A DNA stretch of 45,657 bases, from positions 1 through 45,657 of the IMG/VR virus record IMGVR_UViG_3300044971_001645. One strand, 5' to 3'. A program made the translations under genes and the position numbers. The stretch is from a virus (lineage: Duplodnaviria > Caudoviricetes). Of this stretch, positions 13,988 through 23,243 are shown in pieces; the stretch's first letter is position 1, and every line of letters begins with the position of its first letter. The notes beneath the pieces are model-generated. The model was not told the origin of the DNA. It did not search any database and was given only the letters and a program-made list of their open reading frames with translations.

Positions 13988-15238
13988 ATGCCCGAATCTG
14001 CTGGAGCACTCACCCTTCGCTACGCCCAGGGTCAAGTCTTCGGCAGCCGAAAACGCTTCAGAGTGTTGGTAGCAGGTCGCCGCTTCGGAAAAAGCTACCT
14101 CTCATGCATCGAATTATTGCGTGGGGCGATCGAAAGGCCGGGCGAAACCTTCTTTTACGCGGCCCCTACATACCGGATGGCGAAGGACATCGCCTGGAAA
14201 GTCCTGAAAAAGCTAGTCCCAAAAGCGTGGATCAAGAGCAAAAACGAGACCGACCTCAAGATCGAACTAGTGAACGGCTCGACAATCGAACTGAAGGGCA
14301 CTGAAAACGCCATGGCCCTCCGAGGCCGCAGTTTGGCTGGCGTGGTGCTGGACGAAGCCGCCTTCATGGACGCAGAAGTCTGGTTTGAGGTCATCCGCCC
14401 CGCCCTCGCCGACAAACAAGGCTGGGCCCTGTTCATTTCCACCCCAGACGGCACAGCTAGCTGGTTCTACGAACTCTGGCAATACGCCGACAGCGGCGAT
14501 TCCGACTGGAGCCGCTGGCAATTCACGACGATTGACGGCGATAACGTCCCTCCGGAGGAAATCGAAGCCGCCCGCGCCCAACTCGACCCCCGCACTTTCC
14601 GCCAAGAATTTGAAGCCAGCTTCGAGAACCTATCCGGCCTAGTCGCCATCAGTTTCAGTGATGAGAACATCGAAAAGAGCGTCCAAGATCTCCCCGTCCT
14701 CCCACTCCTCATCGGGGTCGATTTCAACGTCGATCCAATGAGCGCGGTCTGCGCGGTCAAAAAGGGCGACGTGCTCTGGGTCTTCGACGAAATCATCATG
14801 ACCGGCGGCGCCACCACCTGGGATCTTTGCGAAGAAATCCAAACCCGCTACGGCGTGGAGCGCCGCATTATCGCCTGCCCCGACCCCACGGGCGGCGCCC
14901 GCAAAACCAGCGGCGTTGGAGCGACGGACCACAACATCCTCCGCAAATCTGGTTTCACGGTATCCAGCCCACGCAACCCTTGGAAGATCCGCGACAAGAT
15001 CACCTGCGTCAACACCGCCCTCCTCGATGCAACTGGAACCCGCCGCCTCTTCATCCACCCCAAGTGCAAGGAGTTAATCAAGTCCCTCCGCACCCTGACT
15101 TATGCCCCTGGCACCGGCCTCCCCAACAAAAACCTAGGTGTCGACCACGCTTTTGACGCCCTTGGCTACCTCTGCCTGCAAACCTTCAACCTCGCCAAAC
15201 CAGAGAACCTCGGCAAGACCAACTATCGTGTGTGGTAA
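13988..15238 (+). CDS. terL: Terminase large subunit
   Basis: Walker A AGRRFGKS, Walker B VVLDEAAF, ISTP, nuclease GVDFNVDP and DHAFDALGY. Confidence 0.96.
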   Translation: MPESAGALTLRYAQGQVFGSRKRFRVLVAGRRFGKSYLSCIELLRGAIERPGETFFYAAPTYRMAKDIAWKVLKKLVPKAWIKSKNETDLKIELVNGSTIELKGTENAMALRGRSLAGVVLDEAAFMDAEVWFEVIRPALADKQGWALFISTPDGTASWFYELWQYADSGDSDWSRWQFTTIDGDNVPPEEIEAARAQLDPRTFRQEFEASFENLSGLVAISFSDENIEKSVQDLPVLPLLIGVDFNVDPMSAVCAVKKGDVLWVFDEIIMTGGATTWDLCEEIQTRYGVERRIIACPDPTGGARKTSGVGATDHNILRKSGFTVSSPRNPWKIRDKITCVNTALLDATGTRRLFIHPKCKELIKSLRTLTYAPGTGLPNKNLGVDHAFDALGYLCLQTFNLAKPENLGKTNYRVW

Positions 15239-15255
15239 TACCCCACTGGAGCGTA

Positions 15256-15441
15256 ATGGCCGCAAAAAAGAAGACCGCCGCCCAGAAAAAAGTCTCCAAA
15301 GTTATGCGTGAGTACGGCAAAGGAGAGCTGCACTCAGGCAGCAAAAAAGGCCCGGTGGTGAAATCCCGCAAACAGGCCATTGCTATTGCAATGTCCGAGG
15401 CCGGCATGACCAAAAAACCCGCCAAAAAGCGCAAGAAATAG
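15256..15441 (+). CDS. Small basic protein (DUF6496-like)
   Basis: KVSKVMREY.KGELHSG...VKSRKQAIAIAMSEAG; GGAG RBS. Confidence 0.8.
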   Translation: MAAKKKTAAQKKVSKVMREYGKGELHSGSKKGPVVKSRKQAIAIAMSEAGMTKKPAKKRKK

Positions 15442-15443
15442 TC

Positions 15444-15614
15444 ATGGCACGCAAAAAACCCGGTGATCCCGGCCTTTACGCCAACATCGCAGCCAAACGC
15501 AAGCGCATTGCCGCCGGCAGCGGCGAAAAAATGCGCAAACCTGGCACTAAGGGCGCCCCCACCGCCGCTGCCTTCCGCGCAGCCGCCAAAACCGCCAAAA
15601 AACGGAGCAAATAA
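15444..15614 (+). CDS. Small basic protein, 56 aa (not in ORF track)
   Basis: MARKKPGDPGLYANIAAKRKRIAAGSGEKMRKPGTKGAPTAAAFRAAAKTAKKRSK; fills the gap between neighbours exactly. Confidence 0.8.
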   Translation: MARKKPGDPGLYANIAAKRKRIAAGSGEKMRKPGTKGAPTAAAFRAAAKTAKKRSK

Positions 15615-15616
15615 CT

Positions 15617-15967
15617 ATGGCCGCCGTCGCCATCCTTAGCACTGATCGCTATACCAATCTGGTGGAGCACCACGGCACCACAATGACCGCCGTGAACGAC
15701 TGGATGGAAATTCCTGCCCAGTCTTCCAGCTATACATTCGCCGTCAGCTCCACCAACAGCGCCAACTTCCAGCTCGCCTTGGAGTGCAGCTTTAACGGCA
15801 ACGGTAGCTGGTTCACCATTGACAACGGCAAAACCATCAACGCCGCTGGCGAATACGTGTATTTCTACGACGGAAAACCCGCCGCAAAAATCCGCATACG
15901 CATAGCTTCCATCAGTTCTGGCACACCTAGTCTGAACCCCCACATCGCCGTCGCGTATCACGGCTAA
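15617..15967 (+). CDS. Putative virion protein (beta-rich)
   Basis: 116 aa with alternating beta-strand pattern (LECSFNGNGSWF...IRIR). Confidence 0.7.
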   Translation: MAAVAILSTDRYTNLVEHHGTTMTAVNDWMEIPAQSSSYTFAVSSTNSANFQLALECSFNGNGSWFTIDNGKTINAAGEYVYFYDGKPAAKIRIRIASISSGTPSLNPHIAVAYHG

Positions 15968-16164
15968 TGGCCATCCAAACAGTGAATGGAGGCTGTGTTC
16001 ACATCGAAATTGATGCTGAAGACGGCCTCACTCACGCAACATTCGTCTTTAAATCACCCCAAAACCCCGAAATCCTCGGCGGTTTTGTCTCAATGCTCGC
16101 CCAAGGCATCGAAGTGCTGGTGCCAATCTCTGATCCCGACGATGAGGAGGAAGACGATGATTGA
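15967..16164 (+). CDS. Small acidic protein
   Basis: 65 aa, TAATG coupling, poly-D/E tail. Confidence 0.7.
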   Translation: MAIQTVNGGCVHIEIDAEDGLTHATFVFKSPQNPEILGGFVSMLAQGIEVLVPISDPDDEEEDDD

Positions 16165-16201
16165 GTATCTGCCAAAATAAGTACAAAGTAGGAGTCAAGC
16201 C

Positions 16202-17647
16202 GTGGTCTACAGCGCCAACATCCCCCCAACTGGAGCTGTAGTCAGCGAATCCCCGTTCGTCCGCAGCTTGGACGTGATCGCCATGATGCCCGACTGGAGC
16301 GTCATGGCCGCCGTCACCCACGGCACCAACTACATCCGGGATATGTCAGAGACGTATCTCCCACAAGAACCACGTGAAGACGATGACGCCTACCAAACCC
16401 GCGTCGACCGCAGCGTCCTCAGCCCCTACACCAGCCGCCTCATCGAGACCGCCGCTGGCGCCATCCTGCGCAAACCCATCCACGTCGAAGGCGACCCCTA
16501 CTGGCTGGAACTGATCCAGAACATCGACGGCATCGGCTCGAACATCAACGAATACGCCCGCCGTGCGCTGGTAAGCAGCCTTACCTATGGCCACAGCGCG
16601 ATCTTGGTGGACTATCCCGCAGCAATGGGAGCGCGAAATCTTGCTGAAGAACGTGCCCAGGGCCGCCGCCCCTACTTCGTCCACGTCGATGCCCCCCAAA
16701 TCTGGGGCTGGCGCAAGGAACCCGTAACCAACCGCCTCCTGCAAGTCCGCATCCACGACTACGACGTTCGCCCTTTGAACGAATTCGGCGAAGAACAAGT
16801 CGAAGAAATGCGCGTCATCTACCCAGGCCGCTACGACCTTTACACACTGGGACGCAGTACCGAAACCGTCGAACTCACCGAAACCGGCGGCTACAGCCTC
16901 AACGAAATCCCTCTAGTCCCGATCTACAGCAACCGCCGTGGCGCCCTGATTTCCCAGCCACCACTGTTGGATATTGCCAACCTCAACATCACGCACTACC
17001 AGCGCCAAGCCGACCTAATCCACGCCCTCCACATCGCCGCAATGCCCACCCTTGTCCTAGAGGGCTGGGACGACACCACCGGCAGCGCAACGATGGGCGT
17101 CAACTACGCCATCGCCATGCAACCGGGCAACAAGGCGTACTACGTCCAAGCCGACGCCACCAGCTTCGACGCACAAATGGCAGAACTCCAATCCCTGGAG
17201 CAACAAATGTCCACATTGGGCGTTACAAAACTTTTCGGCCAGAAGTTCGTCGCCGAATCTGCCGAGGCCAAGCGCATCGACCAAGCCCAAAGCAACAGTG
17301 TCCTCTCAATCATCAGCCAAGAACTGGAAAGCGCCCTGAACCAGGCTTTTGCTTTCGCCGCTGAGTACGTGGGCATCGAACCGCCAGAAATCACAATCGA
17401 CCGCGACTTCGACTACTACCGCCTAATTGGCCAAGACGTCTCCGTACTGGCGCAACTCAACCAAATGGGCAAAATCAGCGACGCCATGCTGCTGGAAGTT
17501 CTCCGCCGTGGCGAAGTCCTACCCGACAACATCAACATCGAAGACGAACTTGAAGCCTCCACCACAAACGCACTGGCTCTACCAGAAGCAGCCGAAAACA
17601 CCGGCGACGAAGACATGGAAGAGCGCGAAGAGGAACTTAACTCTTAA
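16202..17647 (+). CDS. Portal protein (DUF4055/SPP1-like)
   Basis: 481 aa; YLPQEPRE...Y..R, ILVDYP, RRPYF, PPLLDIA.LNI.HYQ, ESAEAKRID; located after terL. Confidence 0.92.
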   Translation: MVYSANIPPTGAVVSESPFVRSLDVIAMMPDWSVMAAVTHGTNYIRDMSETYLPQEPREDDDAYQTRVDRSVLSPYTSRLIETAAGAILRKPIHVEGDPYWLELIQNIDGIGSNINEYARRALVSSLTYGHSAILVDYPAAMGARNLAEERAQGRRPYFVHVDAPQIWGWRKEPVTNRLLQVRIHDYDVRPLNEFGEEQVEEMRVIYPGRYDLYTLGRSTETVELTETGGYSLNEIPLVPIYSNRRGALISQPPLLDIANLNITHYQRQADLIHALHIAAMPTLVLEGWDDTTGSATMGVNYAIAMQPGNKAYYVQADATSFDAQMAELQSLEQQMSTLGVTKLFGQKFVAESAEAKRIDQAQSNSVLSIISQELESALNQAFAFAAEYVGIEPPEITIDRDFDYYRLIGQDVSVLAQLNQMGKISDAMLLEVLRRGEVLPDNINIEDELEASTTNALALPEAAENTGDEDMEEREEELNS

Positions 17648-17682
17648 CTGCTAAAGTACAAACGTCCAAGTAATACACAACC

Positions 17683-18390
17683 GTGCCCGAAGAACAGCAA
17701 GCCCCAGTAACTCCTGTGGAGACTGGTGCACCTCAGCCTGTGGCTGACAGCCTGGATCTGGCCGCCCAACTCGAAGCGCTTCGTGCGAAAAACCAAGAAC
17801 TAATCGCCGAACGCCGCAAGGACCGCGAGAACCGCGAAACCCTCCAGAAACAACTGGAAGAGGTACGCCTAGCCCAAGAACAAGCCAAAACAGCAAAACT
17901 TGCTGAATCTGGCGAATACAAAACTCTGTGGGAAGAGGCGCAAACTACTGTTGCTGAACTCAAGCAACAACTAGCCGCAAAAGAAGCCGAGGTCGATCAA
18001 ATCCGCCAAGGTTTTACTCAAGAACAGATCAAATCTGCGGCCATCGCTCAACTATCTAACGCTGGTGCATTAGCACCCGATCAGCTGTATCGTCTATTGC
18101 AGGAGAACCTACGCGCCAAAGAAGGACAGCCTGTGGCTGTTGTCGGCGGCGTCGAAGTTCCAGTTGGTGAATACATCGCCAACTTAAAAAATCCCGGCAG
18201 CGGTTACGAGCATCACTTTGCAGCTACGAACCGCGCCGGCATGGGTGTCACGGGTAGTGCCCGCGCCACCGCCCTCCCCGGCCAAGCCAACCCCTGGTCT
18301 AAGGACGGCTGGAACGTCACTCAGCAAATGATGATGCTTGCCAGCGACCCCGACAAAGCCCGGTTGTTGAAAGCCGAAGCCGGCCTCTAG
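17683..18390 (+). CDS. Capsid scaffolding protein
   Basis: Long coiled coil, GEYKTLWE, C-terminal NPW...NVTQQ; immediately upstream of the capsid gene. Confidence 0.85.
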   Translation: MPEEQQAPVTPVETGAPQPVADSLDLAAQLEALRAKNQELIAERRKDRENRETLQKQLEEVRLAQEQAKTAKLAESGEYKTLWEEAQTTVAELKQQLAAKEAEVDQIRQGFTQEQIKSAAIAQLSNAGALAPDQLYRLLQENLRAKEGQPVAVVGGVEVPVGEYIANLKNPGSGYEHHFAATNRAGMGVTGSARATALPGQANPWSKDGWNVTQQMMMLASDPDKARLLKAEAGL

Positions 18391-18436
18391 CCCCTGTGGG
18401 GCACCTCCCCAACCTTGACTCCACTGGAGCTATCCA

Positions 18437-19543
18437 ATGTCTGCTTCTAACAGCAACTTCGGGGGAACTTTTCTCTCGAACCTTGTAACTCGCCCCGAGT
18501 TTCTTCAGTACACCGCTGAGGGCATCTTCGAGCAATCGAAGTGGGTCCAAAGCGGCATCATCCAGCGCAACGCTGCCCTCGACGCCCGCGCCGGCGGAAC
18601 CCGCGTCCGGGTGCCGTTCTTCGACCCCATCGCCCCCACCGAGACCCGCATCCTTTCCACCTCCAGCTGGAACGGTGGCCTGGGTTATCTGACTGCTCAG
18701 AACGTCACTGCCGACGAGCAGATCATGACGATTCTGCACCGTGGCTTCGCCTACGCCGCAGACGACCTGAGCAAGCTGGGCTCTGGCGCCGACCCCCTGG
18801 CCCACGTCCGCAACCAGCTGACCGCCGCCATCAACAAGCTGAAGACCGCCACCCTGGCAGCCCAACTGCTGGGTCTGTTCGGCGGCATCAGCGGCTCCGG
18901 CGTGCTGGGTGCCAACCAGACCAACAAGACGTTTGCTGGTGCGCCCGGTTCGATGACCGAGGCCAACTTCATCAACGTGGCCAACGTGGTGGCCGCCAAG
19001 GCGAAGCTGGGTGAGCGCGGCGACGAACTCGACGCCATCGCCATGCACTCCAACGTGGCGTACTACCTCCAGCAAGTGGGGATGCTGACCTTCAGCACCT
19101 CTGCTCTGTCTGCTGGCGGTGCCGTGGTCTGGGGCGGCGGCGGTGTGGGCGTGACCCAGACCGAAGTGGCGACCTTCGCTGGTCTCCGCGTGGTGATCGA
19201 CGACCAACTGACCTACCTGACCGGCGGTACTGCCACCCACGCGGTGAAGTATCCGGTGTATCTGTTCAAGTCGGGTGTTGTTTCCGAGGGTATCCAGCAG
19301 GATCTCCGCCTCGGTGCAGATCGCAACATCCTGTCCATGCAGGACATCCTGGCCGTCGATTACCACTACGGTTACCACGTGACCGGCACCAAGTGGAACG
19401 ACGCTGGCGACAACCCGACCAACGCCGATACCTCGGGCAACCTTGCCAACACCAGCAGCTGGAGCCTGGTCTTCAGCGCTGCCAAGCAGGTGCCCCTGTG
19501 TCGCCTGCTGGTCAACACCCCCTTCGACACCACCGCTTACTGA
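18437..19543 (+). CDS. Major capsid protein (HK97 fold)
   Basis: 368 aa, strongly biased codon usage, VPFF, DPLAHV, MHS, GLRVVIDD, YGYHV.G.KW; followed by a terminator. Confidence 0.92.
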   Translation: MSASNSNFGGTFLSNLVTRPEFLQYTAEGIFEQSKWVQSGIIQRNAALDARAGGTRVRVPFFDPIAPTETRILSTSSWNGGLGYLTAQNVTADEQIMTILHRGFAYAADDLSKLGSGADPLAHVRNQLTAAINKLKTATLAAQLLGLFGGISGSGVLGANQTNKTFAGAPGSMTEANFINVANVVAAKAKLGERGDELDAIAMHSNVAYYLQQVGMLTFSTSALSAGGAVVWGGGGVGVTQTEVATFAGLRVVIDDQLTYLTGGTATHAVKYPVYLFKSGVVSEGIQQDLRLGADRNILSMQDILAVDYHYGYHVTGTKWNDAGDNPTNADTSGNLANTSSWSLVFSAAKQVPLCRLLVNTPFDTTAY

Positions 19544-19561
19544 TCCTTCAGTACAGCCAAC

Positions 19562-19590
19562 AAAAAAGCCCCCACTACGGGGGCTTTTTC
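19562..19590. terminator. Bidirectional Rho-independent terminator
   Basis: AAAAAAGCCCCC-ACTAC-GGGGGCTTTTT between the convergent capsid gene and 19601-19876. Confidence 0.88.
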
Positions 19591-19600
19591 TTGTATTGCC

Positions 19601-19876
19601 TCAACCTTCAATTTCACCAATACGAACTTTTTCTTGGTACTCAAAAATTTCCGGCGCTCGCCCAACCATTTTGTAGGAGTGCGTCAGTAGCTCTTTAAAC
19701 ACGTGAACACTCACTTGAAGCTCTTGCTGGATCGTTTCAGCGTCTTCACCAGCTGCAAACCTGGCCCGAATAGCCTCCGCAACTACTTCAAGAGAACGCA
19801 CTTGAACACCTGGTGCAGCCGATGCCACCGGCGTTTCTACACTGTTTTCAGTGTTGGCAGTTTTGCGAGCAGGCAT
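19601..19876 (-). CDS. Hypothetical protein, antisense within the virion operon (possible HTH)
   Basis: 91 aa ending at the bidirectional terminator; AIRARFAAGEDAETIQQELQVS resembles an HTH. Confidence 0.7.
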   Translation of the reverse strand: MPARKTANTENSVETPVASAAPGVQVRSLEVVAEAIRARFAAGEDAETIQQELQVSVHVFKELLTHSYKMVGRAPEIFEYQEKVRIGEIEG

Positions 19877-20069
19877 GGGAACCGTCCGTCTTTTCGTACT
19901 ACATGATAAAACCCGTTCTTACGTTGACGTTCCCTACGGCAAACATCTCGAAGCCCAAGCAGAAATCGAAATGCAAGGCGCCGAGGTTTACCACGCTGCG
20001 CTTTTATCGCCACCAGCTAATTCAACTAAAAAACGCACTGGCGCTAGACTCAAACAAAGGATGTATTAA
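19875..20069 (+). CDS. Hypothetical protein, 64 aa
   Basis: ATG at 19875; ends 3 nt before the next gene. Confidence 0.55.
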   Translation: MGTVRLFVLHDKTRSYVDVPYGKHLEAQAEIEMQGAEVYHAALLSPPANSTKKRTGARLKQRMY

Positions 20070-20072
20070 GCC

Positions 20073-20603
20073 GTGCCCGCCGCAATCGACGCCACATTAA
20101 GCGGTGCCTCGGCGAACAGTTACGTCACGCTGGCCAGCGCCAACACCTATTTCGAGACTGTCCCCGATAGCAGCACTTGGACTAGCAAAACCGACGACCA
20201 AAAGAACCGCGCCCTCATCTCCGCCACACGCTGGATCGACGCCCTGAGTTTCTACGGCGACCGCTGCACCACCACGCAGGCACTTAAGTGGCCTCGTGAA
20301 AACTACACCGTCGATGGCATCGACCTTGCTTGCAGTTTGATCCCCGACCCCATCAAAGTCGCCACCTACGAGCTGGCACGAGCCCTTGCCAACGACACCG
20401 ACGCCATCATCGGCACCACCGGCACCAGTGGCATCTACGACCAAGTGGAACTGGGCGAACTCAAAGTCAAGTACAACAAGTCCAGTCAAACCAGCGGCGT
20501 CATCAACAACGTCTTCGACGTTTACCCTTGGCTCCAGTCCTACCTAGGCCCTTACTGCATGGGTGGCGCCGCCAACTACGCCGTCCGTCTATTCCGAGGT
20601 TGA
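20073..20603 (+). CDS. Head-tail connector/adaptor (DnaT-like ssDNA-binding family)
   Basis: ANSYVTL..A..YF, ALISATRWID, QALKWPR, IP..IK.ATYELA. Confidence 0.85.
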   Translation: MPAAIDATLSGASANSYVTLASANTYFETVPDSSTWTSKTDDQKNRALISATRWIDALSFYGDRCTTTQALKWPRENYTVDGIDLACSLIPDPIKVATYELARALANDTDAIIGTTGTSGIYDQVELGELKVKYNKSSQTSGVINNVFDVYPWLQSYLGPYCMGGAANYAVRLFRG

Positions 20604-20604
20604 T

Positions 20605-20982
20605 ATGGGCCTCATCGACGACACCTTCGCCCCCATCCCCGCCACCATCCTCAACGACTGGGGCGAAACCATCACTTACATCAAAACCGCAACACCCCGC
20701 GTTTACGACCCAACCACTGGAACAGTCAACGGCGCGGACATTACCGTCCCCCTCAAAGCCGTCATTACCCGCGTCAATCCCCGCGAATCCGAAGGTCTGT
20801 ACCAAACCACCGACATCAAGGTGATCATCGGCACTGCCGAGCTTGGAACGTACTTTCCCACAGAAGCCGACCGCATCCAGTACACCCAGGATGGCGCCAC
20901 CCGCGAAGCCAAAATCATCGCCATCACCAGCTATCGCGGCACCAACCCCGTCCTCCACACCCTCATTGCGAGGCCCCAGTAA
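20605..20982 (+). CDS. Head closure protein
   Basis: YDPTTG motif, size, and position after the adaptor gene. Confidence 0.75.
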   Translation: MGLIDDTFAPIPATILNDWGETITYIKTATPRVYDPTTGTVNGADITVPLKAVITRVNPRESEGLYQTTDIKVIIGTAELGTYFPTEADRIQYTQDGATREAKIIAITSYRGTNPVLHTLIARPQ

Positions 20983-21530
20983 TGGCACGTAATCGCGGTT
21001 TTCTTAACGAACTGGATCGACTAGTTGAGAACATAGACCGTATTGCAGTAGCGGCTTTTAGCAGGGGACCAGCTCGCGCCGCAGAAGAAATTGTCATTGA
21101 CTTACAAGAAGCCGGCCCGGTATGGTCTGGCCGTTTTGCCAACTCTTGGCAAATTGAAACCACAGACGGCAGACGCACATCCGGCAGTGGTTCTCCAGGA
21201 CTACCTCAACGTGTTCCCGCTCCGTTACTTAGCGGACGCGGTTTTGCTTTTGACGACAGCGTGTATACAATTTCTAACTTCTCTACCTATGCAGATCAGG
21301 CACGCGATTTAGCTGAAGGCCGCTACATCGACCCAGGCACTACACCACTAAAAGAGTACGACCGAGGTACTCGCGTAAGCGGAATCCGTGGTGACTTAAT
21401 CGGAGACGATGAAGGCCCAAACCGTTCAACAGCCCCGCTCGACTGGTACGCGACATATTTACGCGGCGGAGCTATCGACAGACGCATCAAAATTGAACTT
21501 GATACAGAACTGGACCGCGTACGGCTATGA
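20982..21530 (+). CDS. Neck/tail completion protein (HK97 gp10-like)
   Basis: GPVWSGRFANSW, ISNF..YA. Confidence 0.75.
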   Translation: MARNRGFLNELDRLVENIDRIAVAAFSRGPARAAEEIVIDLQEAGPVWSGRFANSWQIETTDGRRTSGSGSPGLPQRVPAPLLSGRGFAFDDSVYTISNFSTYADQARDLAEGRYIDPGTTPLKEYDRGTRVSGIRGDLIGDDEGPNRSTAPLDWYATYLRGGAIDRRIKIELDTELDRVRL

Positions 21531-21958
21531 ACTACCAAGCAATTCGCGCCGCAGTAGAGAATCCGCTGCTCAAAGCATTTAGTTCACTGGTACCTCCAGT
21601 GCCTGTGTACTTCGACAACATCACTGCAGTTCCACCAAACACAACAACGGAGTACGTTCGCATCAATGTTACTTTCGGCATTACCAACGAGCCCACACTT
21701 ATCTCCAGCGTTGACAACGCTCGCGGTGCGGTGGTCATCCGTATTTTCACCGAGAAAGGTAAAGGGCCAGCCCGCAACCAAACCCTACTAACCACAGCAG
21801 TAAACGTATTGGAAACACTCAACAACAGCACAAAAACTACAAGCGGCGTTTATTTCCGCCTTGGCAGTATTAACGGTCCTACTTTTTCTACAACCGACAC
21901 ATCTCCACATTTTGTGGGACGTATTGAGACCTCCTACGTAGCGACTGTTTTGACGTAG
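21527..21958 (+). CDS. Tail terminator protein
   Basis: PVYFDN, G.VVIRIFT.KGKG; immediately upstream of the tube gene. Confidence 0.78.
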   Translation: MNYQAIRAAVENPLLKAFSSLVPPVPVYFDNITAVPPNTTTEYVRINVTFGITNEPTLISSVDNARGAVVIRIFTEKGKGPARNQTLLTTAVNVLETLNNSTKTTSGVYFRLGSINGPTFSTTDTSPHFVGRIETSYVATVLT

Positions 21959-22027
21959 GAAGTGTTTGCTGTGGGCGCTAACCTGTATTAAGCCGGGCAG
22001 TGCCCGCCCACGTTATCCAGACCTGAC

Positions 22028-22798
22028 ATGGCTGCTACCGTCATCACGGGCACCTCTGGTGCTTTCTACTACAAACCCGCCGGTACTACCGGTACTTTCG
22101 GCGAGGCAAACGTCAACGCCACGACCAACACCATCACCGTCGAAACCTTCTACGGTTTCCAGGTTGGTGACCCCGTTAAATTCAGCGTACAAAACAGCGC
22201 TGGCGGCACCCCCAGCGGCACCTTGCCCGCAGGTCTAACCGCTGGCACTACCTACTACGTCAGCAGCTACACCGCTGCAACGGGTGCTCTGCAGGTTTCG
22301 GCCACAGACGGTGGCGCTGCCGTCGACATCACCGACGACGGTACGGCTACCGGCAACAACTATTTTGAAGTTGCGTATGCGGCATACGAAGTTGTAGGCC
22401 AAGTCCGTGACTGGAACTTTGAGATTACTCGTACCGAAATCGATGTAACCACCATCGGTCAGGACGCAGCGCAGTTTGCTCCTTTCCGTAGTTACGTCGC
22501 AGGTTTTGCAGAGGGCACTGGTTCCACCACCGTGTATTTCACCACGGACGACGATAACTTTGCCAACCGGATGATCAACGACATTATCCAACGCAACCAA
22601 ACCGGCGCATACGTGAAGTTGTACGTGGACCGTGTATTCAGCGGGGGTTCTGTCAGCGAAACTCTGAGCCGCTCGATTGCAATGCCCATTGTGCTGACCT
22701 CGGCCAGCCTGACGGTTAACCCGGATGATGCCATTGCTGTGGCCATCAACTTCCGACCCAGCTCCACCCCCACATTCGACCTCGTGAAAACCGCCTGA
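22028..22798 (+). CDS. Major tail tube protein with an inserted beta-domain
   Basis: GTSG.FY, then an insert (GDPV.F...LPAGL..GTTYYV), then VGQVRDWNFEITRTEIDVTTIG...GFAEGTGS; followed by a terminator. Confidence 0.88.
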   Translation: MAATVITGTSGAFYYKPAGTTGTFGEANVNATTNTITVETFYGFQVGDPVKFSVQNSAGGTPSGTLPAGLTAGTTYYVSSYTAATGALQVSATDGGAAVDITDDGTATGNNYFEVAYAAYEVVGQVRDWNFEITRTEIDVTTIGQDAAQFAPFRSYVAGFAEGTGSTTVYFTTDDDNFANRMINDIIQRNQTGAYVKLYVDRVFSGGSVSETLSRSIAMPIVLTSASLTVNPDDAIAVAINFRPSSTPTFDLVKTA

Positions 22799-22825
22799 TA
22801 AGTTATCAAGGCAGGTGGTTTCAGC

Positions 22826-22852
22826 ACCCCGACGTAACCGCCGGGGTTTTTT
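22826..22852 (+). terminator. Rho-independent terminator
   Basis: ACCCCG...CGGGGT followed by a T run. Confidence 0.78.
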
Positions 22853-22895
22853 CATGTCTAGTCCGCTACAGTAGTCCAAGAAAGCACAGCATTAA

Positions 22896-23243
22896 ATGCC
22901 TGCCTCAACTCCGGTCCGCGCCATTGATCGCCTGCGCAAAGCAGCGAACCTGGAGCCAGTCAAAAAACACATCGAACTGTCTGACGGCAGCACATTTGAA
23001 ATGTGGGTGGCACCACTGACGATGGCGGAGCGCGAACGCGCCCAAAAGCAAGCCAAGTCTGACGACGCCAACGCCTTCGCACTTCAACTGCTGATCGCCA
23101 AAGCACTAGACGAAAACGGCGGCAAACTGTTTAGCGCTGGTGAAATCGACGTCCTCAAGAACGAAGTCAAGGACAAAGATCTCCAAGCCTTGATGCTGGC
23201 GATCCTTACTGACGACGCCGAGCCCATCGACCCAAAGAACTGA
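22896..23243 (+). CDS. Tail assembly chaperone (gpG-like)
   Basis: 115 aa between tube and tape measure genes, ending at the slippery site C CCA AAG. Confidence 0.85.
   Translation: MPASTPVRAIDRLRKAANLEPVKKHIELSDGSTFEMWVAPLTMAERERAQKQAKSDDANAFALQLLIAKALDENGGKLFSAGEIDVLKNEVKDKDLQALMLAILTDDAEPIDPKN

Noticed and set aside
18317-19378. 353-aa minus-strand ORF
   Set aside because: Shadow of the codon-biased major capsid gene; the same applies to 8147-8869 (+), 22235-22879 (-) and similar ORFs.
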